Of a DNA stretch of 64,000 nucleotides, positions 29,087 to 39,546 are shown in pieces. The stretch lies in IMG/VR virus record IMGVR_UViG_3300043567_000723. The stretch is one strand, 5' to 3'. The DNA is from a virus. Taxonomy: Duplodnaviria; Caudoviricetes. A model generated the notes under the pieces. The model did not search any database, had not been told where the DNA came from, and saw only the letters and a list, made by a program, of their open reading frames with translations. A program made the translations under genes and the position numbers. Position 1 is the stretch's first letter; every line of letters begins with the position of its first letter.

Positions 29087-29914
29087 ATGATAAATCACGG
29101 ACGCACGTTGTTGCTAAACATTTTCGCGCAAAGCGCCGGCACACGAGATGCCGGCTACGAATACATACCACCCGCGTTTCGACCGCTGGTTATACCGTCG
29201 GCGCTGCGTATTGTGCGTGGAGTATTATTTGGCAAACAACCTGACCAACGATTTTTGAATCTGCGGGCCCGAGAACTACTGAGCTATATCCATCAAACAG
29301 AATTAGCGCAATATCTTTACGCACTTGACAGCCGTATAACATACTGGCCTGAACAAGAAACAACGACGTTCAAGTACGAACCAAAAGTTACCGTAAAACA
29401 AAGAACAGGGCCGCAGACGCCAATTGCGTTTAGCGGTGACTTCGTCGTAGGCAATGCTGGCGGAAAAGCAGCCCGCGAGTTTCTGGTACAGCTAGCCGCG
29501 TCTGCGCAGGAAAACCTACATATTGCTGTGACAGAAGTGGGTGCGATTACAACAACGTATACGCAAATCTCCAACCTCACAAATATGCCGGTAATTACAC
29601 TACCTGAAACACAGATAAAGTTCCGCATCAACAATATGCCAAACGTGTCTGCGCCGGCAAACGGCACGCAACTGGCTACGTGGTCCATAGCGCTAGCTGC
29701 GAATCCGCCGCCGGCCATCACCACGCTAATGCCGACGTTAGAGCTGCTCGGAGAACCTGTGTTTTTAGAGCTTTTTGGTGTCGAACCCGCTGAACCTTAT
29801 GCCACGTTTAAAAACGTATGGTTTGACCACCCGCTTCCGGCCTACAAGCTCGCCGGACTAACGTTAGCGTTTATCTACCGCCTAGAAGAAGTAAGGTTGC
29901 ACCGCAATGGCTGA
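29087..29914 (+). CDS. Hypothetical baseplate-module protein
   Basis: Tightly packed ORF between the tape measure and hub genes. Confidence 0.55.
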   Translation: MINHGRTLLLNIFAQSAGTRDAGYEYIPPAFRPLVIPSALRIVRGVLFGKQPDQRFLNLRARELLSYIHQTELAQYLYALDSRITYWPEQETTTFKYEPKVTVKQRTGPQTPIAFSGDFVVGNAGGKAAREFLVQLAASAQENLHIAVTEVGAITTTYTQISNLTNMPVITLPETQIKFRINNMPNVSAPANGTQLATWSIALAANPPPAITTLMPTLELLGEPVFLELFGVEPAEPYATFKNVWFDHPLPAYKLAGLTLAFIYRLEEVRLHRNG

Positions 29915-31541
29915 TCCGTACGTCTATGCAAAGTTTAAGCTCAAAGCTGTAATCGGCGGACACACGTTTGAAGACATCGTGTCGATGTCGGCTACGTTTG
30001 GTTTAAATAGCATTCCAACCGCAACACTGACAGTCGCCGTCGGGCACGACGCGCGTAGCGGGCGGTCAAAAAAGGCGACGATTCATACAGCGCGCAAAAG
30101 TCTTAAACCCCGCGACAAAGCGGTTGTCACATTAACAATCTCGCCGACCGAGGGTAATACCTCAAAAATGGAAGAAGGCGAATTCGTTATTTTTGACGGA
30201 ATGCTCGCGGGTATTGGGTATCAACGATCGCACAATAACGCGAACTACACCATTCAACTAATACACTGGCTTGACGACCTAAATAACTCGTCTGCGTTAA
30301 ACGGCAATTGGTTTCCGAATGCGCCGTATAGCATGGCCACGAACGCCGCATTTTATGCGCTAGAGCTTGGTGAAGGCGGCGGGGCCGGTGGCGATCAGTG
30401 GTCGTCTGTGCCTGCTATTGATATCAACGGTGATCATATTAACAAAGGTCAAATTGAATCCGACCTTTGGGGTAACGTGATCAAACCAGTGTTCGAAAAA
30501 ATTGCGCAGTACCCATTACCAAACGACAAGCCAAATGACGCAGCTATTAAAGCGTTAGAGCGCATACCGAACGGTGCGCCTTTTAATACTCCGCTGCGTT
30601 TAGATCTTGAAGGTTTAAACGCAAATGATATTGAGTTGTCTGTGCGCACAGCGTTAACGAAAGACTCGCTTGATTCGTTTGCATATACGTCTTTCTGGGG
30701 AAAACTTGTTGGAGAGTATGCTGCGGCGTTTTTCTTTGCCGTATCTCCCGGCATCGAGCACGCATGTGTTATTCCGTTTTTTGGCGGTTTGAAGTTTGAA
30801 GACGGAGCCGCAGGCGCAAAAACAATTTATGGCGACGAGTATAGTTATGCGAACTTTAATGCTAGCTTAACGCAGCTACTGGAAAGCGTAATGGTCTTTT
30901 GGCCATCGCAGTCCGACCCGATGTTGGGCACGGGCGGCGAGACGCAGTCGATCGATTCGTTTACTTTCCCGGTAGGCGAATACCCCAAAGGCGCAGCAGG
31001 AGAAGATAAGCCGGGACTTAAGTTGTTCAAGGATCTGCCGCCGTGGCTAGCGAATATCTCTCCTTGGCCCGTGTACACAGGTCCGACAACCGGTATTAAG
31101 GGCAAGTTACCGGGAGATTGCTTAGCGCCACAAACGGGCGAATCAGATCCACCACCAAACTGGCTACCGCCTGCTGAAGCGGCTGACGAGATGACAGATA
31201 AAGTGGCAGAGCGATTTGCGCACCACTGGTATAAAACTGAACTGCTCGGTCAACGTTACGGCGAGCTATCGGGCAAATTACGATTTGATATCGCGCCCGG
31301 CAGCATAGTCAAAATAGAAATGCCGACAACTGAAATCGAGTCTGACGGTTTTATGGTTGCGGCTGTGACGCAGGTTTCATACGCAATCAACGCAGAGCGC
31401 GCGCTGGCCGGCACGTCTTTTGCGCTGTCGTATTTACGTACAGTAGAAGAAGATAATGATAGTTTAATCACCCACTCATTTGCGCCGTTATACAAAGAAG
31501 GCACAAAATGGCACGGCGGACCACTCAAGAAGAATCCTTAA
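29907..31541 (+). CDS. Putative baseplate hub protein (gp27/GpD-like)
   Basis: C-terminal GELSGKLRFDIAPGSIVKIE...VTQVSYAI resembles contractile-tail hub proteins; position in the module agrees. Confidence 0.5.
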   Translation: MADPYVYAKFKLKAVIGGHTFEDIVSMSATFGLNSIPTATLTVAVGHDARSGRSKKATIHTARKSLKPRDKAVVTLTISPTEGNTSKMEEGEFVIFDGMLAGIGYQRSHNNANYTIQLIHWLDDLNNSSALNGNWFPNAPYSMATNAAFYALELGEGGGAGGDQWSSVPAIDINGDHINKGQIESDLWGNVIKPVFEKIAQYPLPNDKPNDAAIKALERIPNGAPFNTPLRLDLEGLNANDIELSVRTALTKDSLDSFAYTSFWGKLVGEYAAAFFFAVSPGIEHACVIPFFGGLKFEDGAAGAKTIYGDEYSYANFNASLTQLLESVMVFWPSQSDPMLGTGGETQSIDSFTFPVGEYPKGAAGEDKPGLKLFKDLPPWLANISPWPVYTGPTTGIKGKLPGDCLAPQTGESDPPPNWLPPAEAADEMTDKVAERFAHHWYKTELLGQRYGELSGKLRFDIAPGSIVKIEMPTTEIESDGFMVAAVTQVSYAINAERALAGTSFALSYLRTVEEDNDSLITHSFAPLYKEGTKWHGGPLKKNP

Positions 31542-31543
31542 TC

Positions 31544-32362
31544 ATGCAATCACCAACACCAAAACCGGCTGGCATGCCATCTATTCTGGGTGACGTCCCG
31601 GCGCCATTCTCAGCGAAACGTCCTGCAGGCGTGGGTGAAGACTTTGACACCCTTTATCCGCAGTGGCAGACAACGCGCACGCCAGAAAATAACACCGCAA
31701 TTTTAAAGACATTACAGCCTGTCATAGACACGGCTGTAATGAGCTATGCCGGGCAAGCAGCCAGCCCGACGATCCGGTCACGCGCGAAGCTCATGGCGCT
31801 CAAAGCGCTTGATACGTACGACCCGCAACGCGGCAACGTCCGCACGCATCTTTTATCGCAGATGCAGAGCTTACGGCGGCTATCTGCGCAGACACAGAAT
31901 ATTATTTCTATTCCAGAACAAGTTAGCTTAGATTTTTCGCGGCTGAGTGAGAACGAGAACGAGCTGCGCGATCAGCTAGGGCGAGACCCTGCCGATGACG
32001 AACTAGCCGACGCAACAGGTCTATCTGTTCGCCGTATTCGAAAAATACGCGCATTTAATCAGCCGGTCGCAGAAGGCATGACAACTCGTGATGTCGGCCC
32101 GGATGATAATTATGGCGGCGACTCGGCCAGTAACATACCCGGCAGCACCCGCTCGGCTGATGCGTGGTTCAAATTTGTATACGAAGATTTGAGCCCCGTT
32201 GACCGTCTGATTGCCGATATGACGCTAGGACGCAATGGCCGAAAAAAGACAAGCACGCAAGACATAGCGCGGCGTTTAAACATTACCCCCGGGGCAGTAA
32301 GTCAACGCGCGGCAAAAATTCAAACAATGCTCGATAAGCAGTACACGCACGGCGGATTTTAA
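31544..32362 (+). CDS. RNA polymerase sigma factor, sigma70 family (group 3-like)
   Basis: Region 2: LQPVIDTAVMSY...LKALDTYDPQRGNVRTHL. Region 3: LRDQLGRDPADDELADATGLS. Region 4 HTH: STQDIARRLNITPGAVSQRAAKI. Confidence 0.85.
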   Translation: MQSPTPKPAGMPSILGDVPAPFSAKRPAGVGEDFDTLYPQWQTTRTPENNTAILKTLQPVIDTAVMSYAGQAASPTIRSRAKLMALKALDTYDPQRGNVRTHLLSQMQSLRRLSAQTQNIISIPEQVSLDFSRLSENENELRDQLGRDPADDELADATGLSVRRIRKIRAFNQPVAEGMTTRDVGPDDNYGGDSASNIPGSTRSADAWFKFVYEDLSPVDRLIADMTLGRNGRKKTSTQDIARRLNITPGAVSQRAAKIQTMLDKQYTHGGF

Positions 32363-32372
32363 GGAGTAACAT

Positions 32373-32834
32373 ATGGCCCCCGGAACAGGAACGTCAAAAG
32401 GACAGCTCGACGGCAAATTCACCGCACGAATTGAAGAGCTAGAGCAACGCGCACAAAAAATGTCGGAGTCTTTCAAGACTACCGATCTGCGGCCGTGGCA
32501 CACACCGGAGGACATGAAAGGTTACGACCTACTTGACGTGCCGGGCATACACGAGCCGTCTTGGAATCGCGATAACATTAATCAGCTGTATTCTGAGTCG
32601 ATTTTGGCGGGGCCGGGGAAAACAGGTGGCACCACGGGCGATTTAATCGCTATGAAGTGGCAGGCTGATTTTATGGCCGCAGAAGAGCGGGCATGGCGCA
32701 CACGGCACGCCAGTTTTGTTCGCTGCGCGTGCTTTATGCACGGCCGACTTGACGGGCACGGGAAGTCAGGAATAAGTGTGTTCTCGTTCTTCAAGGATGG
32801 TGTAAACTCATACATTAAAGCCGGACAGTCGTAA
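32373..32834 (+). CDS. Hypothetical protein
   Basis: AAGGAG SD; operon-packed. Confidence 0.6.
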   Translation: MAPGTGTSKGQLDGKFTARIEELEQRAQKMSESFKTTDLRPWHTPEDMKGYDLLDVPGIHEPSWNRDNINQLYSESILAGPGKTGGTTGDLIAMKWQADFMAAEERAWRTRHASFVRCACFMHGRLDGHGKSGISVFSFFKDGVNSYIKAGQS

Positions 32835-32844
32835 AGGTCTGTAA

Positions 32845-33312
32845 ATGAGCATAGCTGACTACGCAAATCGAAAATACGATTTTCTTGCTTTTCAAAACGT
32901 CAACACGGCGCGCGAAAGCAAGTTAGGGCTCATGCTCTATGACGAGGACACGAGCGGTAAAATTTGCGTAGGTATACAGAAACTGGCACAGCGCTGGACC
33001 CTTGAATTTCTCACTGAAAAAGGATCCATGACCGGCTTATCGACCCGCGGCTGCGACTTTATGACGCTTGTGCGGCGCGGGCAACTTCACACACAGCTGG
33101 ATGTGACGCAAAGCTTTTACGCGTCGGCAATACGCATTCGATCAACACTGCAGGCCGAAGAATACGCTGGGATGCCTGACGACGAAAAACTATCTGACGC
33201 GGATTTAATCTCCGTAGCGATCCTTCCCGGATACATAAACATACGCGTTATGGTTGAGAGCGTAGCGGGGAATGAGCGCGCAATAATTCTACCAATAGAA
33301 ACACTGCCGTAG
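32845..33312 (+). CDS. Baseplate wedge protein, gp25-like
   Basis: GIQKLAQRWTLEFLTEKGSM...GCDF pattern, ~155 aa, directly before a baseplate J-like gene. Confidence 0.65.
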   Translation: MSIADYANRKYDFLAFQNVNTARESKLGLMLYDEDTSGKICVGIQKLAQRWTLEFLTEKGSMTGLSTRGCDFMTLVRRGQLHTQLDVTQSFYASAIRIRSTLQAEEYAGMPDDEKLSDADLISVAILPGYINIRVMVESVAGNERAIILPIETLP

Positions 33313-33319
33313 GTGTCAT

Positions 33320-35032
33320 ATGCCGATTGAAATTTCCAGCTTAAAACAGCTCGACGAAGCGAAAGTACAGCGCATGGTCGCGACGCTTTCGCAGTGGATG
33401 GCGGAGCGCCACCCTGACGTCGAGCTGACCCGCGGCGTATTTCACGACCTTGTGTTGTATTTTGACGGCTTATTAAACGCAGCTATTCAAGAGAATATTG
33501 ACCGGGTGCGGCAAAGCAACAGCCTTTTAAAGATTAACGAAGACCCGACCCTTGCCGATACCGAGGTTGTAGATCAGGTACTGTCTAACTTCAACTTAAC
33601 CCGCGATAACGGTACGCCGGCAGTCGGTGTCGTTACTGTGGTGTTTAATTCGGCCACGCGGACAGCCATCTCGCTTGCTACTCGGTTTACGGCTGAGAAC
33701 GATCAAGTGGTATTTCTGCCGACAGAAGCTTTTATCGTCCTACCGCCAACCGCGACGGCAACCGCGTCTAACGAGCGTAAGATGATCGCCGTGGGCGACG
33801 GTACGTACGCGGCAAACATCACGGTAGTCGCTGCCGCTGTGGGCGCCGCTGGCAATATACGGCGCGGCACAAAATTAACACCTAATAGCGCGCTGAACAA
33901 CGTTGCGGATGTTTACGCTAACGCTGATTTTATTAAGGGCAAAGATCCCAGCACAAACGAAGCGTATCTTTCAAAGTTAGCACCAGCTCTCGCGGCAAAA
34001 ACAATCGGTAGCCGCCAGAGTTATTCCGCGGCTATTTTGAATCAGACAGCGTTTGCAAATATTCAGAACCTTTCGATCTTGGGCTGCGGCGACGCGGAAC
34101 AGCAGCGCGATCAGCACAGCTTATTTCCGATCTCTGGCGGTGGTAAGGTTGACATCTACGCGCAGACGAACGGTTACTCACAGGAAAAAGAACATTTACT
34201 TGAAGCCACGTATGTCGGACCGAATGCCGCATATAACCGTAGCGTGTCTTCTAACTGCAGCCCCGCCGGCTTAGGCAGCTCGACAACGCTGGGAACGATC
34301 TGGCAGGTAACAATTGCCCGCGACACGGCCCCCGGTTTTTACGAAGTCGTGCGAGTTGCGGTGCCGGGTGCGGATAACGACAGCGGCTACGGAATCGTTA
34401 GTGATGACCGCGGCGTAGATTTCTCTGACATTGAATTTGTGCCAGACATCCTCTACATCCCTGAAAGCGCATACACGCGATACCAGACGGCCATCATTCG
34501 ATTTGAAGACACGGACACACAGCCGTCCAGCGCTCTTATTCCGGGCGAGAGCAAAAAAATATACGCTGTGACAACAACTGGAATGCCGCTCATCGCTGAG
34601 TTGCAGGACTACATGAGTTCTCGCGACGTGCGTGCCCGCGGAACAGACGTTCTTGTAAAAGCTGCTGTGCCCTGTTTCACAAAGATATCATTTGAAATTA
34701 TGAAACCGGCTAGCGCGGCTGATCCTGACATTTCTGCGATTCAGCTAGCCATCAGTTCTGCTATTTCGCAGGTCGGCTTTTCGGGGCAGCTACACTCGTC
34801 AGTAATTAGCAATGTCGTACACAAATACCTGAGCGGCAAACAGGCGCTCGGCAGCATAGACATGTTTGGACGAATCAGGCGCCCAGATGGCTCGTTCGAT
34901 TATGTGCGGGATAACACAATTCTGTATATGCCGACAGACTATCAGCGCCTTGTCACTGGGCGCACAACTGCATTTTTAACAAGCCCGGAAGATGTGTCTG
35001 TATCTATCAAAGCCACAGATTTTTTGAGCTAA
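33320..35032 (+). CDS. Baseplate J-like wedge protein
   Basis: GVFHDLVL...LSNFNLTRDNGTPAVGVVTVVF...NITVVAAAVGAAGNI...FIKGKD...NEAYLSK is typical of BpJ/gp6 proteins. Confidence 0.75.
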   Translation: MPIEISSLKQLDEAKVQRMVATLSQWMAERHPDVELTRGVFHDLVLYFDGLLNAAIQENIDRVRQSNSLLKINEDPTLADTEVVDQVLSNFNLTRDNGTPAVGVVTVVFNSATRTAISLATRFTAENDQVVFLPTEAFIVLPPTATATASNERKMIAVGDGTYAANITVVAAAVGAAGNIRRGTKLTPNSALNNVADVYANADFIKGKDPSTNEAYLSKLAPALAAKTIGSRQSYSAAILNQTAFANIQNLSILGCGDAEQQRDQHSLFPISGGGKVDIYAQTNGYSQEKEHLLEATYVGPNAAYNRSVSSNCSPAGLGSSTTLGTIWQVTIARDTAPGFYEVVRVAVPGADNDSGYGIVSDDRGVDFSDIEFVPDILYIPESAYTRYQTAIIRFEDTDTQPSSALIPGESKKIYAVTTTGMPLIAELQDYMSSRDVRARGTDVLVKAAVPCFTKISFEIMKPASAADPDISAIQLAISSAISQVGFSGQLHSSVISNVVHKYLSGKQALGSIDMFGRIRRPDGSFDYVRDNTILYMPTDYQRLVTGRTTAFLTSPEDVSVSIKATDFLS

Positions 35033-35033
35033 C

Positions 35034-36752
35034 ATGCACAAGCGCGTATTTGTATACCCCGGATCAGATCTTGACCGCAGTCGTAATATGATTGCGGCGC
35101 TGGGTAGCTTCTGGTCTCGCATATACGAAGGCTCAGACCAGATTTCGTCGTACGTCACTGCCACGGCATTACTGGCAAACCAGACGTACTTAAATCTGCT
35201 TGAAGTAGTTGCCGCGACAAGCCGTTACGACATACCGCTGTTTCACACAGAATACATTACGCCAATTGTTTTACGGCGGTCAGAACAAAACTCTGCGCGC
35301 ACAACAATTACGCAGTTCGATCGCAACGACAAGGTATTTGACGGCGACCTGCGGTTTGATACGCCGCCGACAACAGATCTGTTTTCGTTTCCGCTGCCGG
35401 AAGCACTCGCGAACGTCATGCATGTTTTCAACCGCATTACGTTCCCGACCGCGGTACTGACAAAGAACATCGGTTTCATAATAGACCGCGACCGGCACGC
35501 AATCGTATTTAAAGAAAATCCGTTCGACAACCCGAGCTTCTTGCGCCGGCCGGTTACAGATGCGCCAGAACCAGACGAAGAAATAACGCTATGGGGTTTT
35601 CGCGGTGAATTTGATTACGACTTTATCTTCGATCAATTTGCATACGCTGTTAGCCTTAAACTTCAAACCAGTCAGGGCTATAAAGAATTAACCAACGCCA
35701 TCATTAGCGGTTTAATCGAAGGCGGCGCTACATCTGCCATCCTCGACGCTGCGCTTGCTGCTATATGCGGTGTTCCAGTCAGCATTGACCCGCAAGAAAC
35801 AGTAGAAGCCATTGAGACTGATAATGGCGGCTTGTTTATTGCTACGGATAAAAATGTATATCGATTTGCCGATAATGCTATTCCGCGCGTAACCGTTGAT
35901 CAAGTAATACCGGCCGGAACGCAGTTAATTCAGGCCATTGAAATCAGCGAGTTTTTTGTCGGCAACGCGTACACACCCAATAGCGGGGAGCAGCGTGTTA
36001 TTTGTTGCCCGGCGCCAAACAACATCCTGTCCACGAATGTCTGGGAGGAGTTAACAACAGAAGACAGCGCCGAAATACTGCTGGATCCAAGTGACAAAGA
36101 ATGCACCGCGCGACGAAGCGTAACAGCCTTGGCGCTCGACAGCGGATTCTTAGCCGCCTGCTTTTACGGCAACCTTGTGTTCGAGAATAAGGTTGTGCCA
36201 CTTGAGATCGACACGGCGCACCCCAGCGGGCATACGTTTGTGAAGTTTAAAGTGGGCGGCTTACCCGCTGACGTAGACTGGTTTTTTGACGAGGTCCACC
36301 ACCGCGGTATTTTATCGGCACAGGCGCCCGCAGATAACTGCCACAAAAGGCGCAGAAAAGGGACGCTCGCGAACCTGCTCGACAGGCGTGTAAATCCCAG
36401 CGGAAATCCCGGCCCAGAGCACCTACCGAAAAACATTAATCCGCTTCGTTTTCTGATCGAAAACGTGCTGCGAAACAATGTATTTATTGTGCGTATTCTC
36501 GTTTCAGCGTTGGGGCAAAATAGGCTCGGCCTGTACAATATTAGACAGCTGCGACAACTTTTGCCGCCCCAAACGGCAATGATCACAATTTTCGAGCTTG
36601 ACGCCGGTAAAGATAGCATAAACGCCGAAAACCAGATCAGTGACGCTATAACGTACTTTAGAGGGATGACACCGATAGCTGACACGGTACCGGTGTCGCT
36701 AGTGCAGGATATTGGCGCGACAGCAAAATTAATATCTGGAACTTGCCAGTAA
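35034..36752 (+). CDS. Baseplate wedge protein (gpI/gp7-like position)
   Basis: Follows BpJ; LGSFWSRIY N-terminus and G.T...L.AALAAICGVP pattern. Confidence 0.55.
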   Translation: MHKRVFVYPGSDLDRSRNMIAALGSFWSRIYEGSDQISSYVTATALLANQTYLNLLEVVAATSRYDIPLFHTEYITPIVLRRSEQNSARTTITQFDRNDKVFDGDLRFDTPPTTDLFSFPLPEALANVMHVFNRITFPTAVLTKNIGFIIDRDRHAIVFKENPFDNPSFLRRPVTDAPEPDEEITLWGFRGEFDYDFIFDQFAYAVSLKLQTSQGYKELTNAIISGLIEGGATSAILDAALAAICGVPVSIDPQETVEAIETDNGGLFIATDKNVYRFADNAIPRVTVDQVIPAGTQLIQAIEISEFFVGNAYTPNSGEQRVICCPAPNNILSTNVWEELTTEDSAEILLDPSDKECTARRSVTALALDSGFLAACFYGNLVFENKVVPLEIDTAHPSGHTFVKFKVGGLPADVDWFFDEVHHRGILSAQAPADNCHKRRRKGTLANLLDRRVNPSGNPGPEHLPKNINPLRFLIENVLRNNVFIVRILVSALGQNRLGLYNIRQLRQLLPPQTAMITIFELDAGKDSINAENQISDAITYFRGMTPIADTVPVSLVQDIGATAKLISGTCQ

Positions 36753-36761
36753 GGAAGCATT

Positions 36762-37391
36762 ATGGCTGCTGACAACATTAACCCGGAATTTGGCGTTAAG
36801 GGCCGCGTTACGCTCTGGCACGTTGACGACAAGACTGGATTAAAAATCCCTTTCTGGTCGCAGCCAAACCAGATCCAGTACGCGTGGGGTTATATTGCGG
36901 CAAAGCAGCTTGGTTATCGCCGGCAGGCCGATAGGCCCGACTACCACATTTCGGCCATGTACATTGAGTACGAGAATCAGGCAAATCCGGCCACGGTTAT
37001 CTCAACGCCTTCTTTCACCAGAAATATCGACATTAGTTATTACAACGATCTGGTGTCTTCGTCTACGCGTAATTATCTGCGCGTTCCTCTGAGCCTCGAA
37101 CCGGCACTCAGCGTCTCGACTGGTTACGAAGCCAATTTGCCTGTTAATCAGTCTGGTAATCAACTAACGTTTTTTGCGCAGACAGCCGCCGCGTCAGCTG
37201 TGTACTCCGGCGCTGGTCGGGCGTTTGATACAACCAGTAAAGTTTTTGCTGCCTGCCTTGTCGCTGCTCCAGTTTTTAGCGACCGGACGAAAGATGTCAT
37301 TTTTGCGCGGACGCAATTCAGCGGCTCAAATCAAGTAACAAAAGAGCCGTCGTCGCAAATCGGCATCACTTGGGATATCGCGTTTCTTTAA
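36762..37391 (+). CDS. Putative tail-fibre attachment/baseplate protein
   Basis: C-terminal VFAACLVA...IFARTQF...VTKEPSSQIGITWDIAF resembles tail-collar/fibre-anchor domains. Confidence 0.5.
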   Translation: MAADNINPEFGVKGRVTLWHVDDKTGLKIPFWSQPNQIQYAWGYIAAKQLGYRRQADRPDYHISAMYIEYENQANPATVISTPSFTRNIDISYYNDLVSSSTRNYLRVPLSLEPALSVSTGYEANLPVNQSGNQLTFFAQTAAASAVYSGAGRAFDTTSKVFAACLVAAPVFSDRTKDVIFARTQFSGSNQVTKEPSSQIGITWDIAFL

Positions 37392-37412
37392 TCGCACAAT
37401 TTTACCGCCGGA

Positions 37413-37426
37413 GGACAAGGATGTCC
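37413..37426 (+). promoter_or_regulatory. CsrA-type hairpin GGAC-AAGGAT-GTCC overlapping the start codon
   Basis: ACAAGGATGT (37415-37424) equals the core of the CsrA SELEX consensus ACARGGAUGU and includes ATG 37421. Confidence 0.65.
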
Positions 37427-39529
37427 GGAAACTGGCTACATAACATCAAGCACGTCAACGCCGGGGAACCGGTGCAGGCTGGCATTGTATCGCGACCAGA
37501 TCGCACGCTTGAAAACCGCACTGAATATTTAAAAGACCGGCTTGACGCGGCAGCGCTCGGTCGCGCGCTGTTCGATACTGACGCGACGATTGCGCCTGAC
37601 GTTTTAGCGGGGCAACCTGTCTACTGGAACTACACAGAGAAACGTTACGAGCTGGCTATCGCTGCTGTAGCCGTTGATAACACTACACAAGCGTTAAACG
37701 TCCAACCGTCGTCTGACTGCGTTGGCTTGTGCTTGCGCAAAAAGTCTGACACGCGAGGCGACATCGTTTTGCGCGGTATCGTGGAGGTGCCGGATCTGGG
37801 CAACGCCATTAATGGCAATATTCAACCCGGACGCTATTACCTTTCATCCGCAGAGCCCGGCAAACTTGTAAAACAAAAACCGTCCGTGTCGGTAGCGGTT
37901 TGCCATGTGCAAGGTCCAAAAGACAGCTGCTCTGTCGTCCCGCGCGTATTGGTGATGCCGCATATCCGAGACTTCATTGACGAGCACGTGCATTACCGTT
38001 TTGATCTTGTTGCCCGCCCGGCTGGTACACACACCCCACCAAGCGGCAGCGGTATTCATACAATTAACCCGGCTAACGCCGCGCTACCGGGTTGGCTCCC
38101 CGCCAACAACGCTATTTTTAACGGTAAGGCACCTGCCGGCGCGCTATTTGGCTATAACCTCAGCCAACACACAGCGCTCGCTAATGTGTGGCCGCCGCTA
38201 CCGATTCAGTCTGTAGCCGTATTGTGGGACAAGGGTTCAAGCAGAGTTGGCGCTACGGAAGTTCCACTAGGCAGCCAAGGGTTAGTGGTGTGCGACACAA
38301 ACGGTATTTGGTGGATGAGCAATTGCTACGGCGACGTACCGTGGCCTACGACACTCGACACGACGGCTGTTGTTAGTTCTTCAACGCCGCCAGTCGCAGA
38401 GTGCCCGCGCGAGGAAACTGTGCGCGTATCTGTCGTGTTTCTACGGATGCTACTCGGCAACGACAGAAGCGCGGTAACAAGTTTAGAGCCGGACATTGAC
38501 GAGAGCCCTATTGTCGTTACCAATTGCGACGGGGCGCCTGCTACGACCGGCGACTTACGCCTTGATTTGAATATGCAGGTAACTCCCGGCGAGTCAATTG
38601 GCGGCCGGGCTGTAAAAGAAATCATCAGCGGTAAGAAGCTAAAAACTGGCGGTATTGCCGAAGGCGCATTTACGCTATCGAATCAGCTGCGAATTACGGG
38701 AACACAGGTCACGCCGACACGTACCGTAACGGTGACTATTGCAACGCCGGCTGTTTTCACAGTTGCGAATCACGGGTTTGTTGCGGGATCCGCCGTGCGG
38801 TTTACAACAACTGGCGCGCTGCCGACAGGGATAGTAAGCGACACAATTTATTTTGTTATCAGCGCTGGCCTAACGACAAATACGTTTCAGGTATCAGCTA
38901 CATCGGGCGGGGCCGCGGTTGCTACAAGCGGCGCACAAGCCGGCGTACACTCGGTTGATTACGTACGCCTTTTAACGGCGCAAGAAAAAAGCAAGTTTGA
39001 CATCTCTGGTCAAATTGAGCTGAAGCAGGGTGTACTGAAGATTGAATACACGGATCAATTTGTCGAACGAGAACTACAACCGCAAATAATCAGGTTAAGC
39101 GACACAGTTGAGCGGTTATACACAGACATTCCGTATATTGGATTTCCGGCCGGACAAGAGTCGTTAATTCGTTTGCGGTTTAATGTGCCGTATTCCAATA
39201 TGGGCGATAACCTCGCCATGAAAGTTCGCGTCCAGTATTTTGGTCGCGGTGCTGGCACAATTCCCGCGCTATATTTAACTCGGCGTATTTTACCGTCGCC
39301 GGTTGGAAACGCGCAGCAGCCATTAATTACGGCAGACACGGTTATGTCAAGTTTACTAGCCGTAGGTAGCATGACCGCAGATCAAGTAATACAACGCGAC
39401 AGTGAACCTTTCGCTGTAGCTGAGGGCAACACAGTACTTATCACGCTCGGCCGTGCGGCGAATTCCGCGGATGTTTACGGGGAGGTCGGCGTACTGCGGG
39501 TTACCGGCATTGTTTATAGCACTACTTGA
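37421..39529 (+). CDS. Putative tail fibre/baseplate protein
   Basis: N-terminal SRPDRTLENRTEYLKDRL fibre-anchor pattern; internal ATPAVFTVANHGFVAGSAVRFTTTGALPTGI..DTIYFV domain seen in virion fibres. Confidence 0.6.
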   Translation: MSGNWLHNIKHVNAGEPVQAGIVSRPDRTLENRTEYLKDRLDAAALGRALFDTDATIAPDVLAGQPVYWNYTEKRYELAIAAVAVDNTTQALNVQPSSDCVGLCLRKKSDTRGDIVLRGIVEVPDLGNAINGNIQPGRYYLSSAEPGKLVKQKPSVSVAVCHVQGPKDSCSVVPRVLVMPHIRDFIDEHVHYRFDLVARPAGTHTPPSGSGIHTINPANAALPGWLPANNAIFNGKAPAGALFGYNLSQHTALANVWPPLPIQSVAVLWDKGSSRVGATEVPLGSQGLVVCDTNGIWWMSNCYGDVPWPTTLDTTAVVSSSTPPVAECPREETVRVSVVFLRMLLGNDRSAVTSLEPDIDESPIVVTNCDGAPATTGDLRLDLNMQVTPGESIGGRAVKEIISGKKLKTGGIAEGAFTLSNQLRITGTQVTPTRTVTVTIATPAVFTVANHGFVAGSAVRFTTTGALPTGIVSDTIYFVISAGLTTNTFQVSATSGGAAVATSGAQAGVHSVDYVRLLTAQEKSKFDISGQIELKQGVLKIEYTDQFVERELQPQIIRLSDTVERLYTDIPYIGFPAGQESLIRLRFNVPYSNMGDNLAMKVRVQYFGRGAGTIPALYLTRRILPSPVGNAQQPLITADTVMSSLLAVGSMTADQVIQRDSEPFAVAEGNTVLITLGRAANSADVYGEVGVLRVTGIVYSTT

Positions 39530-39546
39530 TTATTGTGTGAGCCGCC

